The notes: generated by a model from the sequence alone, not told the origin. Shown: positions 1-9,315, counted from the stretch's first letter. The stretch: DNA of 49,747 nucleotides from Flavobacteriales bacterium (GCA_040376005.1 JBEIRK010000003.1:1-49747), one strand, 5' to 3'. A program made the numbers and translations.

Positions 1-1220
1 CGGCCCCAGTTTTTATTTGCAAATGACAGAATCATCGCCGTACCGAAGCTGCGCTGACTGGAAGATTGAAAGTTCGTACCTGAGGTTCCTTGCGGCGAAT
101 ACAAGCCTTGCGGCTCAATAGAGAAGGCCATTCTGGGGCTTGTCTTTACATTGATTACAGTTTCTATGCGTTGGGTTCCTGTATCCACTGTGTATCGTAT
201 GTCAATGAGTGAAAATAAGCCTGTTTGCAGCAAGCTTTGGTACGTTTTGTCCGCGGCACTTTGGCTAAAATACGCCCCAGAATCGATGTAAATCAGCTTG
301 GCAATGGTTTCAGGGTTTATGGGATAATGGTTGAGCTCCAGTTTTTTATTGTTAAAATATGCCACCGCAGGATTGCTGCTTCCGGCATAGTCGCTGCTGG
401 TTTCCATGCGCAGGCTCACACTGCCATAGCTATACTTGGTGTGTCTGCCACCAGCAGGCGGATTGGCAAGAATCATAGTTAGCGCCGCCTCTTTTTTATC
501 GTGTAAGGTGTCTAAAGAAAATCGGAATAAGTCGGAGGTAATGGTATAATAGCCTTGATTGCGAAACGCGGTGGCGTAGAAGTTTCGCGCCTCAGAAAGG
601 TTGGATAAATCTGCCGGCCACCACAGTCGGAAATAGTCGTTTTGTTGAGACAGTTTCCACATTTCAGCTTTAAACACACTGTCTTCAGGCTCCATAAATA
701 CTGAATTGATAAGATAGGCATCACCTGAATTTACCAAATACGTCACCTTGGCTTTTTTGCGCGAATACCGAACAATGTAGCCGACTTCAGCATCAAAATA
801 ACCGGTATTAAAAAGGAAGTTTCTAATGTTGTCAGCCGAAAGCTGAATTAAAGTTGAATCTAGTGATACAGGAGGTTCGCCATACTCATTGCGCAGTTTG
901 CGGCGCCAGCGCACAGAGTCACTCAGTTCAGGCTGCTTATGCTTGCTACCCAAGGCATAGGCCCAGAGGTAAATCGGGATTTTGTTAAATACAACACGCT
1001 TATTAGCACGATGAAGAATTTGGGCATGTATTTCAGTCGCCCTCACATTTCCAGTTATCTGTACCGAGTTCTTTTTAAGGAGGTGTTCCCCCTTGGGAAT
1101 GGTTTTTCCGACCCCACAGCCTGAAAGAATCACGAGCAATAAAGAAATAACTGCGGCGAATTTGAGATATTTGCCACCCAGAAATGCTCTCGCTGTCGAA
1201 TGTGAAAAAAATAGCCTCAC
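1..1220 (-). CDS. tamL: TamL / BamA-TamA (Omp85) family outer-membrane lipoprotein, N-terminal part (runs off window start); start uncertain (GTG 1220 or CTG 1181)
   Basis: Not in ORF track. Manual minus-strand translation is open to position 1: ...GGKYLKFAAVISLLLVILSGC (lipobox) GVGKTIPKGEHLLKKN...GEPPVSLDS...LFNTGYFDAEV...VTYLVNSG, typical of the Bacteroidota TamL POTRA region; divergent from a TrmH gene as is usual in the phylum. Confidence 0.8.
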   Translation of the reverse strand, partial: MRLFFSHSTARAFLGGKYLKFAAVISLLLVILSGCGVGKTIPKGEHLLKKNSVQITGNVRATEIHAQILHRANKRVVFNKIPIYLWAYALGSKHKQPELSDSVRWRRKLRNEYGEPPVSLDSTLIQLSADNIRNFLFNTGYFDAEVGYIVRYSRKKAKVTYLVNSGDAYLINSVFMEPEDSVFKAEMWKLSQQNDYFRLWWPADLSNLSEARNFYATAFRNQGYYTITSDLFRFSLDTLHDKKEAALTMILANPPAGGRHTKYSYGSVSLRMETSSDYAGSSNPAVAYFNNKKLELNHYPINPETIAKLIYIDSGAYFSQSAADKTYQSLLQTGLFSLIDIRYTVDTGTQRIETVINVKTSPRMAFSIEPQGLYSPQGTSGTNFQSSSQRSFGTAMILSFANKNWG

Positions 1221-1918
1221 TGAAATCCACTCGGTATAGGCAAAAATACGGCCAATTCACAGTGGAAGGGCGCAAAGGCGTGGATGAATTAATCCACAGC
1301 AACTTCAAGGTGGAATTCATTTTGGCCACTAAAACATACGCCGACCGTTGGGGTGTGCCCGAGCAAACCCTCATTGTTACGGATGCAGAAATGAAACTCA
1401 TCAGTGCATTTACTACAGCGCCAGGCATACTTGCGGTTGCAGAAATTCGTACATTTACCATGGATGCTTTAGACCCCCAAGCCCCAATTACATTGGTGCT
1501 TGACGGGATAAGTGACCCGGGCAATTTGGGTACCTTAATACGCACTGCGGATTGGTTCGGAATCCATCAAATTGTGTTGTCGCCAGATTGCACAGACTTC
1601 TATAATCCCAAGGCGCTAAGCGCTACTATGGGTTCCTTTGCGCGTCCTACTTTTGTGTACACTGAATTGTCCACTTTCTTAAAAGACAAGAATACCATGG
1701 GCTGTTTACTCGATGGCGCCGATATCGCCGCCGTAACACCCGAATTGCCCTTGTATTTGGTGGTGGGTTCGGAGTCGCACGGCATTCGACCTGAGCTGGT
1801 GAAGCAAATGAAGCACAAGGTCACCATTCCCGGATATGGCGATGCAGAAAGCTTAAACGCCGCAGTGGCAGCAGGAATTGTAATGGAAAAAATGGCGCGT
1901 GCTGCATTTTCGAAGTAA
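1184..1918 (+). CDS. TrmH/SpoU family RNA methyltransferase
   Basis: LDGISDPGNLGTLIRTADWFG, VVGSESHGI, AESLNAAVAAGI SpoU motifs. Confidence 0.95.
   Translation: MLSLSNVKKIASLKSTRYRQKYGQFTVEGRKGVDELIHSNFKVEFILATKTYADRWGVPEQTLIVTDAEMKLISAFTTAPGILAVAEIRTFTMDALDPQAPITLVLDGISDPGNLGTLIRTADWFGIHQIVLSPDCTDFYNPKALSATMGSFARPTFVYTELSTFLKDKNTMGCLLDGADIAAVTPELPLYLVVGSESHGIRPELVKQMKHKVTIPGYGDAESLNAAVAAGIVMEKMARAAFSK
1241..1248 (-). promoter_or_regulatory. candidate -7 promoter element (TATTTTTG) for tamL, inside the trmH CDS
   Basis: matches TAnnTTTG, 20 nt upstream of GTG 1220. Confidence 0.4.
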
Positions 1919-2000
1919 GCTGTCGCGGAATATCAAAACAATTTATCTAATTCATTTACTTTTTTACAGAAATAGGTATTTAAAAGCCTAATCCAATCGT

Positions 2001-2008
2001 TATTTTTG
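2001..2008 (+). promoter_or_regulatory. Bacteroidota -7 promoter element TATTTTTG
   Basis: TAnnTTTG 6 nt before ATG 2015. Confidence 0.6.
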
Positions 2009-2014
2009 TAGGAA

Positions 2015-5000
2015 ATGGCCACAGGTGAAATCAGGGAAAAGCTCGATGCATTTATACGCAAGTATTATGCAAATCAGCTATTGCGCGGATTGATGCTGTC
2101 AGCAACTTTGCTGCTAGGCCTGTTCTTGTTCATTAATCTCAGCGAGTACTTCGGCCATTTTAGCATGACGGTTCGGGCCCTCCTATTCTATAGCTTTTGG
2201 CTCACATTTGCCGCGGTTTGCTGGTTTTGGATTGTAATACCGCTGCGTGGCTTGTACAAGCTCGGTAAGGTTATTAGCTACCACAAAGCGGCTGAAATCA
2301 TTGGCAATCATTTCTCTACAGTGCAGGATAAACTCTTGAATTTGTTGCAGTTGGAGGAAATGTCTGTGGGTCATCCCGACAGCGCCTTGTTGCAGGCGGG
2401 TATTGAGCAAAAAACCAAAGAACTCCGACCCGTGCCTTTTGCCACCGCCATCAATTTCGGAGAGAATAAAAAGTACCTGCGCTATTTGGCAATTCCAATT
2501 GTGTCCTTTGCGGTAATACTGATTTTTCAAAGCAGTATCATTACAGATAGCACGGAACGCCTATTTAATTATTCAAAACATTATGCAGTAAAAGCGCCAT
2601 TTGATTTTGTATTAAAAAATAAAACATTGGAAATCGCCTCTGGGGAAGATCTTGAATTGCTCATGGAAATTCACGGAAAGTCAGCACCAGAAGAGGTGTT
2701 TGTGAATTTTGATGGACAAGAAATAAAAATGCAATCCACGCCCGAAGGCCTATTTAAATACACCTTTAAAAATCTCAAAAAATCAGCCCAATTTTATTTT
2801 GAAGCTGCCGGATTTTCTTCTATTTCCTATTCATTGGCGGTGACGCCTTTGCCTGTTTTTACAGGATCTGAAGCGCGTGTTACCTATCCAGCATATACCG
2901 GCAAAGTGGCTGAAAAACTTTCGGGTACTTCTGATTTTATTGTGCCTGAAGGTTCAGAAATTGAATGGATTTTTGATACCCGTGATGCTGCCTCGCTTGA
3001 GTTTGCCGATGTCGCGAAAAAAGGAAGTATTCCCAGCGCCAATTCCAGAGGCAGATACCAATTGAAACGCCAATTTCTGAAGGATGAAAACCTGAAATTG
3101 GTACTTAAAAATCCAAAGTCGCGCAAGCAAGATACCGCCTCGCTTTCGGTGAAAGTGATTGCAGATCAAGCACCTTCTATCTTTTCAGAGAAAAGAGAAG
3201 ACAGCAACGATATTCATCAATTCTACTTTTTAGGCAATGCCTCGGATGATTATGCAGTTACCAAAGTGACATTTAATTACCGCTATGTAAAAAGCGAAAC
3301 CGAAGGAAAAATGAAGATGGGTAGAATTTCCATACCCCTTCGCATGGATGAGAAAGGTAATGATATTCCCTTCTATTATATCTTAAATATGGATGCCATA
3401 GGAATGGCACCTTCTGATGAGGTAGAATATTATTTTGAAGCCTGGGATAATGATGGGATTCACGGCAGCAAAAGCAGCAGAACACCTGTGGCAACCTTGC
3501 GTAGGCAAAGTATAGAAGAAGCGCGGAAAGAAGCGGATATTACCCAAAGTAAGGTTAAAAACCTCATGCAGGAAGCTGCAAAAAGTGCAACCCAATTGCA
3601 GAAGCAGAATCAAAAATTGCAGGACCAAATGAACCGCCAGAAAAGCATGGACTGGAATCAGGAGTCTAAGGTTCAGGAATTGTTGGAAAAACAACAACAA
3701 ATGCAAGAAAAGATGCAAGAAATTCTCAAAGAAAAAGAGAAATTAAAGCAGCAAAAAGAAGAGTTTCAAAAGAACGATGAATTTAAACAACGACAAGACC
3801 AACTGGATGAATTGTTTAAGCAGATGGAAGATCCTGAGATTAAAAAACTCATGGAGGAAATTCAAAAATTATTAGAGAAAAAAGCCCCTAAGGATCAGCT
3901 CAATGAAAAGCTCAATGAGTTGCAACAGAAAAATGAGAATCAAGCCAAGGATTTGGAAAAACTCATGGAGCAATACAAGCAGTTGCAAATGGAGCAAAAG
4001 CTTACTGACAATATTGATCGTCTAGAAAAGTTGGCGGAGAAGCAAGAGAAATTGGCCAAGGAAACTGAAAAAGCAGGCAAAGAAAAAAGCGCCGAACTTC
4101 AGGAGAAACAAGAAAAGCTGAATCAGGAAATGAAGGACATTCAGCAGGAAATGAAGGAAGTGGAGCAAATGAACCAAGACCTTAAAGACCCCATGAATTT
4201 GGATATGGGCAAGGAGCAAAGCCAAGGTGCCCAGGAGCAAATGGGAGAGGCGGAGAAAAATTTGGGGAACAACAAAAACAAAAAGGCCTCCGAAAATCAA
4301 AATGATGCGGCTGAAAAAATGAAAGAAGCTGCACAGAAAATGAAGGAAAGCCTGGAAAGTGAAAAAGAGAAACGCACCGCTGAGGATTATCAAACCATAC
4401 GCGCACTGCTAGAAAAGCTGGTTGAAGCTTCTTTTGACCAAGAAGAAATATTTACCGAACTGGCCACCTTGAAAGATTACAACCCGCGCTATGTGGAGCT
4501 GAATCGCAAACAAATGGCAGTGAAAGAGGAATGTGCCCTTATTGAAGATAGCCTGCGGGTATTGGCCATGCGCCAACCTATGATTGGTACCTTCATTACC
4601 CGTGAAATGGGCAGAATCAATAGCAATATGGGCTATGCCCTGGATAAGTTGAAAGAACGCAAGTTGGGTGAAGCTGCAGTGAAGGAGCAATTTGTAATGA
4701 CGGGCCTGAATAATATTGCGGTTATGCTGCTTGAAAGCATGGAAGATATGCAGCAGCAAATGGCGCAGAAGAAGAAGTCTAAAGGAAATAAGGCCTGCAA
4801 TAATCCAAACTCCAGCGGACAAGGCCAGAAGAGTCAGGGACAAAAACTAACACCCGGGCAGCAGCAATTGGGTGAATCACTGCAACAATTGCAAAAGAAA
4901 GCCCAGCAACAGCGCGAGGGCCAATCCGGCAGCGGGGGTAAAGAGAACCAACGCGAAATGAATAAGGAGTTTGCCAAAGCCGCACTTATGCAAGAAGCGC

Positions 5001-5389
5001 TGCGCAGACAGCTAGAGCAAATGCGCAAAGAATTGGAGAAGGAAGGGCCTGAAGGCAAAGCTATGTCCAAGGAATTGCAGAAAACCGAAGAAATAATGGA
5101 GCAGCAAGAACGGGATTTGGTGAACAAGAAAATCACCCCTGAAATGCTGCGCAGGCAAAAAGAGATAGAGACACGCATGCTTGAGCATGAAAAGGCTGAA
5201 CGCAACCAAGAGCAAGAGGAAAAACGCGAGTCTCAAACGCCAGGGAACTATTCGCCTGAATTGCCTCCCGAACTGAAATCCTACATGAAGGAAAAGCAGC
5301 ATGAACGCGAGCTGCTTCGCCAGTCTCCGCCGGAGTTAAGCCCATATTACCAAATCAAATCAGGAGAGTATTTGCGCACTGTGCGCTAA
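2015..5389 (+). CDS. DUF4175-like membrane-anchored protein with Ig-like middle region and long Q/E/K-rich coiled coil
   Basis: 3 N-terminal TM segments; DQAPSI...ASDDYAV...YYFEAWDNDGIHGSK; ~600-aa coiled coil; C-terminal LSPYY. Confidence 0.75.
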   Translation: MATGEIREKLDAFIRKYYANQLLRGLMLSATLLLGLFLFINLSEYFGHFSMTVRALLFYSFWLTFAAVCWFWIVIPLRGLYKLGKVISYHKAAEIIGNHFSTVQDKLLNLLQLEEMSVGHPDSALLQAGIEQKTKELRPVPFATAINFGENKKYLRYLAIPIVSFAVILIFQSSIITDSTERLFNYSKHYAVKAPFDFVLKNKTLEIASGEDLELLMEIHGKSAPEEVFVNFDGQEIKMQSTPEGLFKYTFKNLKKSAQFYFEAAGFSSISYSLAVTPLPVFTGSEARVTYPAYTGKVAEKLSGTSDFIVPEGSEIEWIFDTRDAASLEFADVAKKGSIPSANSRGRYQLKRQFLKDENLKLVLKNPKSRKQDTASLSVKVIADQAPSIFSEKREDSNDIHQFYFLGNASDDYAVTKVTFNYRYVKSETEGKMKMGRISIPLRMDEKGNDIPFYYILNMDAIGMAPSDEVEYYFEAWDNDGIHGSKSSRTPVATLRRQSIEEARKEADITQSKVKNLMQEAAKSATQLQKQNQKLQDQMNRQKSMDWNQESKVQELLEKQQQMQEKMQEILKEKEKLKQQKEEFQKNDEFKQRQDQLDELFKQMEDPEIKKLMEEIQKLLEKKAPKDQLNEKLNELQQKNENQAKDLEKLMEQYKQLQMEQKLTDNIDRLEKLAEKQEKLAKETEKAGKEKSAELQEKQEKLNQEMKDIQQEMKEVEQMNQDLKDPMNLDMGKEQSQGAQEQMGEAEKNLGNNKNKKASENQNDAAEKMKEAAQKMKESLESEKEKRTAEDYQTIRALLEKLVEASFDQEEIFTELATLKDYNPRYVELNRKQMAVKEECALIEDSLRVLAMRQPMIGTFITREMGRINSNMGYALDKLKERKLGEAAVKEQFVMTGLNNIAVMLLESMEDMQQQMAQKKKSKGNKACNNPNSSGQGQKSQGQKLTPGQQQLGESLQQLQKKAQQQREGQSGSGGKENQREMNKEFAKAALMQEALRRQLEQMRKELEKEGPEGKAMSKELQKTEEIMEQQERDLVNKKITPEMLRRQKEIETRMLEHEKAERNQEQEEKRESQTPGNYSPELPPELKSYMKEKQHERELLRQSPPELSPYYQIKSGEYLRTVR

Positions 5390-5393
5390 GGGT

Positions 5394-5792
5394 ATGGAAC
5401 AAACGCAGCCCATTGTTTTGTTTGACGGTGTATGCAATCTCTGCGCATCCTCTGTGCAGTGGATTATCCGCCATGACCCAGAAGGCGTTTTTCGTTTTGC
5501 TTCCTTGCAAGGCGCTGTGGGGAGCACCCTGCGACGAGAATACAACATACCTGAGGATACCGATTCCATTGTGTTTATAGAAGACGGCCGTTATTGGATT
5601 ATGTCCGACGCGGCTTTGCGCATAGCCAGGTATTGCCAAGGCTGGCGCTGGCTGTATACCTTGAGACTTTTCCCCAAAGTGCTGCGCAATGCCGTGTACC
5701 GCCTCATTGCAGCCAACCGCTACCGCTGGTTTGGCAAAAAAACAGAATGCTGGCTGCCCACTCCCGAGTTGAAAGCTCGGTTTTTGGATTGA
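5394..5792 (+). CDS. DCC (DUF393) family thiol-disulfide oxidoreductase
   Basis: IVLFDGVCNLC (DxxCxxC), FASLQ, SDAAL, YRLIAANRYRWFG. Confidence 0.93.
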   Translation: MEQTQPIVLFDGVCNLCASSVQWIIRHDPEGVFRFASLQGAVGSTLRREYNIPEDTDSIVFIEDGRYWIMSDAALRIARYCQGWRWLYTLRLFPKVLRNAVYRLIAANRYRWFGKKTECWLPTPELKARFLD

Positions 5793-5837
5793 GGCCTGTA
5801 TTCCGCGCTTTCCCCTTTCCCACTCATTTATTTTCAG

Positions 5838-5845
5838 TAAATTTG
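5838..5845 (+). promoter_or_regulatory. -7 promoter element TAAATTTG for metG
   Basis: TAnnTTTG 11 nt before ATG. Confidence 0.65.
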
Positions 5846-5856
5846 CCGCCCATCTC

Positions 5857-7935
5857 ATGGCAAAAACCACAGTAACTGCTGCACTCCCTTACGCCAATGG
5901 CCCTGTTCATATTGGACACGTGGCTGGTGTGTATTTACCCGCCGATATCTATGTGCGTTATATGCGCAATTGCGGTCGCGAAGTGCTCTTTATCTGCGGT
6001 AGCGACGAACACGGAGTGCCCATTACCATTCGTGCGAAAAAGGAAGGAATTACCCCGCAAGAAGTGGTGGATCGTTACCACAACATCATTGGTAAAAGCT
6101 TCAAAGACTTGGGCGTCTCATTTGATATCTATAGCCGCACCAGCAGCGAAGTACATCGCAATACGGCACAAGAGTTTTTTGTGGATCTTTACAATAAAGG
6201 CGTCTTTACTGAGGAGATTACGGAGCAGTATTACGATGCAGAAGCTGGACAATTTTTGGCTGATAGGTATATAGTAGGTACTTGTCCCGTGTGTGCCAAT
6301 GAAAATGCCTATGGCGACCAATGCGAGAAATGCGGCAGCACGCTGAGTCCTATGGAATTAAAGAATCCGCGCAGTGCTCTCAGTGGCAATGTCCCGGTGC
6401 TAAAAGAAACCCGAAACTGGTACTTGCCCTTGGACACCTTGCAAGACAGTTTTCTCAATGCGTATATCAATGGGCATCCGGAATGGAAAACCCATGTGCT
6501 GGGACAGTGCAAAAGTTGGCTGAACGATGGTTTGAAACCCCGCGCCATGACCCGCGACCTAGACTGGGGTGTGCCCTTGCCTGCATTGAACGGCGTGTCG
6601 GATGCAGACCGCGATGGCAAAGTGCTCTATGTGTGGTTTGAAGCTCCCATTGGGTATATCTCTGCTACACGCGAATTGAGACCCAATGATTGGGAACAAT
6701 GGTGGAAAGGCGACAGCCGCTTGGTGCATTTTATCGGGAAAGACAATATTGTATTCCACTGTATCATTTTCCCAGCCATGCTGCACCTTCGTGGAGAAGG
6801 TTTTGTAACCCCACAAGACGTGCCAGCCAATGAGTTCCTGAACTTGGAAGGCGATAAGATTAGCACCAGCAGAAATTGGGCGGTATGGCTGAATGAATAT
6901 TTGGAGGAATTTCCGGGCAAACAGGATGAGTTGCGCTACGTATTGGGCAGCATCTTGCCAGAAACTAAGGATAGTGAGTTTACATGGAAAGACTACCAAA
7001 CCCGCGTAAACTCGGAGTTGGTAGCCATATTTGGCAATTTTGTAAACCGTGTGATGGTGCTGACCCATAAATTTTGTGAAGGTAAGGTACCCGCATTTTT
7101 AGATACTGTAGACGCAGGCATGAAGTATGCATGCAGAGCTGAATTGCAAGAAACTCAAAACCGCTTGCGTCAGGCATTGGAAGAGTATAGGTTCCGCGAT
7201 GGCTTGGGCGAGTTGATGAATATGGCCCGCATCGGGAACAAGTTTTTGACTGAAACCGAGCCATGGAAACTCCACAAGGAGAATCCGGCAGCAGCGGCAG
7301 ATGCATTGGCTTTTTCACTAGAGATTTGTGCCAACTTGGCCATTGCCTGTGAGCCCTTCCTGCCGTTTACACATGAGAAATTATGCCGTCAGTTGAATTT
7401 GCTACCACTTGAATTTGTGGTGCAAGGCTTCTGGGCAAGCGGCACATTGGTTTCAGCCTTTAAGCCTGGCCATCAATTGGGTGAGGCAGAACTGTTGTTT
7501 GGCAAAATCGAAGATGAAGTTGTTCAGCAGCAAACTGAAAAATTAAAACACATGCAAGAGCAATCAAAGCCCGCGCCAATAATTGAAGAAGCGGTAGCAG
7601 AGGTAAAGGCGCAAATCCAATATGAGGACTTTGCCAAATTGGATATCAAAGTAGCGCGTATACAGGCTGCGGAGAAGGTTGAAAAGGCAGACAAGCTGCT
7701 GAAAATCACCTTGGAAGTTGCGGGCAAGGAACACACTGTTGTAAGCGGCATTGCGCAGCATTTTGCACCAGAAACCTTGCCGGGTAAGCAAGTGTTGTGG
7801 TTGTCGAACCTAGCACCCCGCAAAATGCGCGGTATTGAAAGTGAGGGAATGATACTCTTGGCAGAAGATGCGGATGGAAAATTGGTGTTTGTGAGTCCAG
7901 AACAGGCCGTGAATACAGGCAGTGGGGTGAGTTAA
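5857..7935 (+). CDS. metG: methionine--tRNA ligase with C-terminal tRNA-binding domain
   Basis: ALPYANGPVHIGH, zinc knuckle CPVC...CEKC, KISTS, C-terminal Trbp111-like domain. Confidence 0.98.
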   Translation: MAKTTVTAALPYANGPVHIGHVAGVYLPADIYVRYMRNCGREVLFICGSDEHGVPITIRAKKEGITPQEVVDRYHNIIGKSFKDLGVSFDIYSRTSSEVHRNTAQEFFVDLYNKGVFTEEITEQYYDAEAGQFLADRYIVGTCPVCANENAYGDQCEKCGSTLSPMELKNPRSALSGNVPVLKETRNWYLPLDTLQDSFLNAYINGHPEWKTHVLGQCKSWLNDGLKPRAMTRDLDWGVPLPALNGVSDADRDGKVLYVWFEAPIGYISATRELRPNDWEQWWKGDSRLVHFIGKDNIVFHCIIFPAMLHLRGEGFVTPQDVPANEFLNLEGDKISTSRNWAVWLNEYLEEFPGKQDELRYVLGSILPETKDSEFTWKDYQTRVNSELVAIFGNFVNRVMVLTHKFCEGKVPAFLDTVDAGMKYACRAELQETQNRLRQALEEYRFRDGLGELMNMARIGNKFLTETEPWKLHKENPAAAADALAFSLEICANLAIACEPFLPFTHEKLCRQLNLLPLEFVVQGFWASGTLVSAFKPGHQLGEAELLFGKIEDEVVQQQTEKLKHMQEQSKPAPIIEEAVAEVKAQIQYEDFAKLDIKVARIQAAEKVEKADKLLKITLEVAGKEHTVVSGIAQHFAPETLPGKQVLWLSNLAPRKMRGIESEGMILLAEDADGKLVFVSPEQAVNTGSGVS

Positions 7936-7987
7936 TCCCATGTCTGCTTGATGTTTTAGGAATTATCACAACATTTTTTTAAGCTCT

Positions 7988-8031
7988 TTTGTAATTTAAA
8001 AAACAAACTTCTATCTTTGCAGCCCCAAAAA
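7988..8031 (+). promoter_or_regulatory. sigma-70 type promoter of rpmH (-33 TTTG, -7 TATCTTTG)
   Basis: TTTG 7988-7991, 20-nt spacer, TATCTTTG 8012-8019. Confidence 0.75.
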
Positions 8032-8041
8032 TTGATCAGAC

Positions 8042-8203
8042 ATGACGAAGCGTACATACCAACCATCGAATACAAAACGCAGAAATCGCCACGGCTTCCG
8101 TAAGCGTATGGCATCTTCAAACGGCCGCCGTGTATTGGCAGCCCGTCGTGCACGTGGTCGCCACAAGCTGTCCACTTCGGACGAAAGAGGCCACAAGGGT
8201 TAA
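8042..8203 (+). CDS. rpmH: 50S ribosomal protein L34
   Basis: Below ORF-track cutoff; manual translation [53 protein letters not shown]. Confidence 0.98.
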   Translation: MTKRTYQPSNTKRRNRHGFRKRMASSNGRRVLAARRARGRHKLSTSDERGHKG

Positions 8204-8214
8204 TAAAACTGGCC

Positions 8215-8634
8215 GTGGTTTTGGAACATCAGAAGCCACATACCATCAGATTTACATTTCGCAAAGAGGAAAGGCTTTGCAGTCAAAAGATAATTGCCGG
8301 GTTGTTTCAGCCCGGTTTTTTTATTTCCAAATACCCTATTCGCATTCATGCAATGGAAACTGCCTTACCTGTTGCTGGTATTTCGGCACAGGTAATGTTT
8401 GTAGTTGGGAAAAAGCGCTTTAAGCGTTCGGTGGACCGCAATCAGGTGAAAAGGATTTTGCGTGAGTTGTACCGCAAGCAGAAACCTGAAATCTACAAGT
8501 CCTTGGAGGCTGCGGGTAAGACCATGGCCATTGCCATTTTTTATACAGGGAATGAGTTGCCAGATTACAACAAGTTAGCGCCGGTTTTTGCCTTGGCAAT
8601 CAAGAAGTTCATTCATGAAGGGATTGTTAAATAG
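8215..8634 (+). CDS. rnpA: ribonuclease P protein component (start GTG 8215 or TTG 8221)
   Basis: TFRKEERL...[22 protein letters not shown]; follows rpmH. Confidence 0.93.
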   Translation: MVLEHQKPHTIRFTFRKEERLCSQKIIAGLFQPGFFISKYPIRIHAMETALPVAGISAQVMFVVGKKRFKRSVDRNQVKRILRELYRKQKPEIYKSLEAAGKTMAIAIFYTGNELPDYNKLAPVFALAIKKFIHEGIVK

Positions 8635-8836
8635 ACTGGCGATTTTGCTGATACACTTGTATCAGGGTGCTATTTCGCCCTTGTTTCCTGGCAGTTGTAG
8701 ATATACGCCAACCTGCAGTCAATATGGGGTAGAGGCATTTCAGAAATATGGATTTTTTAAGGCATTTCGCCTCACCGCCAAGCGGTTTGCAAGTTGCCAC
8801 CCTTGGGGTGGACACGGGCATGATCCAGTTCCTTGA
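8615..8836 (+). CDS. yidD: membrane protein insertion efficiency factor YidD
   Basis: [22 protein letters not shown]...[13 protein letters not shown]; ATG 8615 preferred to the track's TTG 8588. Confidence 0.95.
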   Translation: MKGLLNRLAILLIHLYQGAISPLFPGSCRYTPTCSQYGVEAFQKYGFFKAFRLTAKRFASCHPWGGHGHDPVP

Positions 8837-8837
8837 T

Positions 8838-8939
8838 GAGTTGAGAGTTAGGAGTGGCGAGGCTTGCCACGAGGCGTTGCAGCGAGGCCGTGCTCGCCGT
8901 ATTACTCGCGGTTCACCTCGCGATTAGGAGTGAAGAGTT
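8838..8939 (+). repeat. AGTTAGG-type heptamer run interrupted by a GC-rich multi-hairpin segment
   Basis: GAGTTGAGAGTTAGGAGT, then 68 bp with three short palindromes, then TTAGGAGTGAAGAGTT. Confidence 0.6.
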
Positions 8940-9065
8940 GATATCGCGTTCACCCTTTGAGCTTAACGCATCTGCAACGAAATCTAATTCGTGTTAATTT
9001 GAGACAATCGGTTGTTTAAATAAACCGCTACCAGTTTCCGTTATGTTTCGGGCACATACGATATC

Positions 9066-9090
9066 GTAGAGACGCGATGCCTCACGTCTC
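9066..9090 (+). repeat. GTAG-type REP-like palindrome
   Basis: GTAGAGACGCGA-TGCC-TCACGTCTC: GTAG tetranucleotide plus 9-bp stem with one mismatch. Confidence 0.65.
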
Positions 9091-9091
9091 A

Positions 9092-9156
9092 GGAGCCCCC
9101 GGGCTCCCCTGGTTCAGTCTTTGTCGCGAGGCTTTGCTCGCGATGAGACCAACCAG
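9092..9156. repeat. two adjacent GC-rich hairpins
   Basis: GGAGCCC-CC-GGGCTCC (9092-9107); CTGGTT..TCGCGAG-GCTTTG-CTCGCGA..AACCAG (9109-9156). Confidence 0.65.
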
Positions 9157-9164
9157 TTCATGAT

Positions 9165-9198
9165 AGAGTTAGGAGTTAGAAGTTAGGAGTGAAGAGTT
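9165..9198 (+). repeat. heptamer tandem repeat (AGTTAGG/AGTTAGA/AGTTAGG/AGTGAAG)
   Basis: AGAGTTAGGAGTTAGAAGTTAGGAGTGAAGAGTT; last 16 nt identical to 8924-8939. Confidence 0.75.
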
Positions 9199-9315
9199 TG
9201 TCCATGCCTGAATAACGTTGACCGTTTCGTAACACCAACGAAATAGAATGCCTTGCCCTGTAGGGGCACACACAGCCTTAGGCGGCGCCTGCGGTGAATG
9301 GTACAAGGAAGTTCA

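Noticed and set aside
225-1545. Short track ORFs 225-482, 512-724, 939-1124 and 1075-1545
   Set aside because: Shadow frames of tamL and trmH with no recognisable motifs
3500-5300. Repetitive CAA/GAA-rich DNA and many antisense Leu/Phe-rich ORFs
   Set aside because: Consequence of Q/E/K coiled-coil coding; no nucleotide-level array
7936-8010. Possible oriC next to rpmH
   Set aside because: Gap is short, no dnaA and no cluster of TTATCCACA boxes
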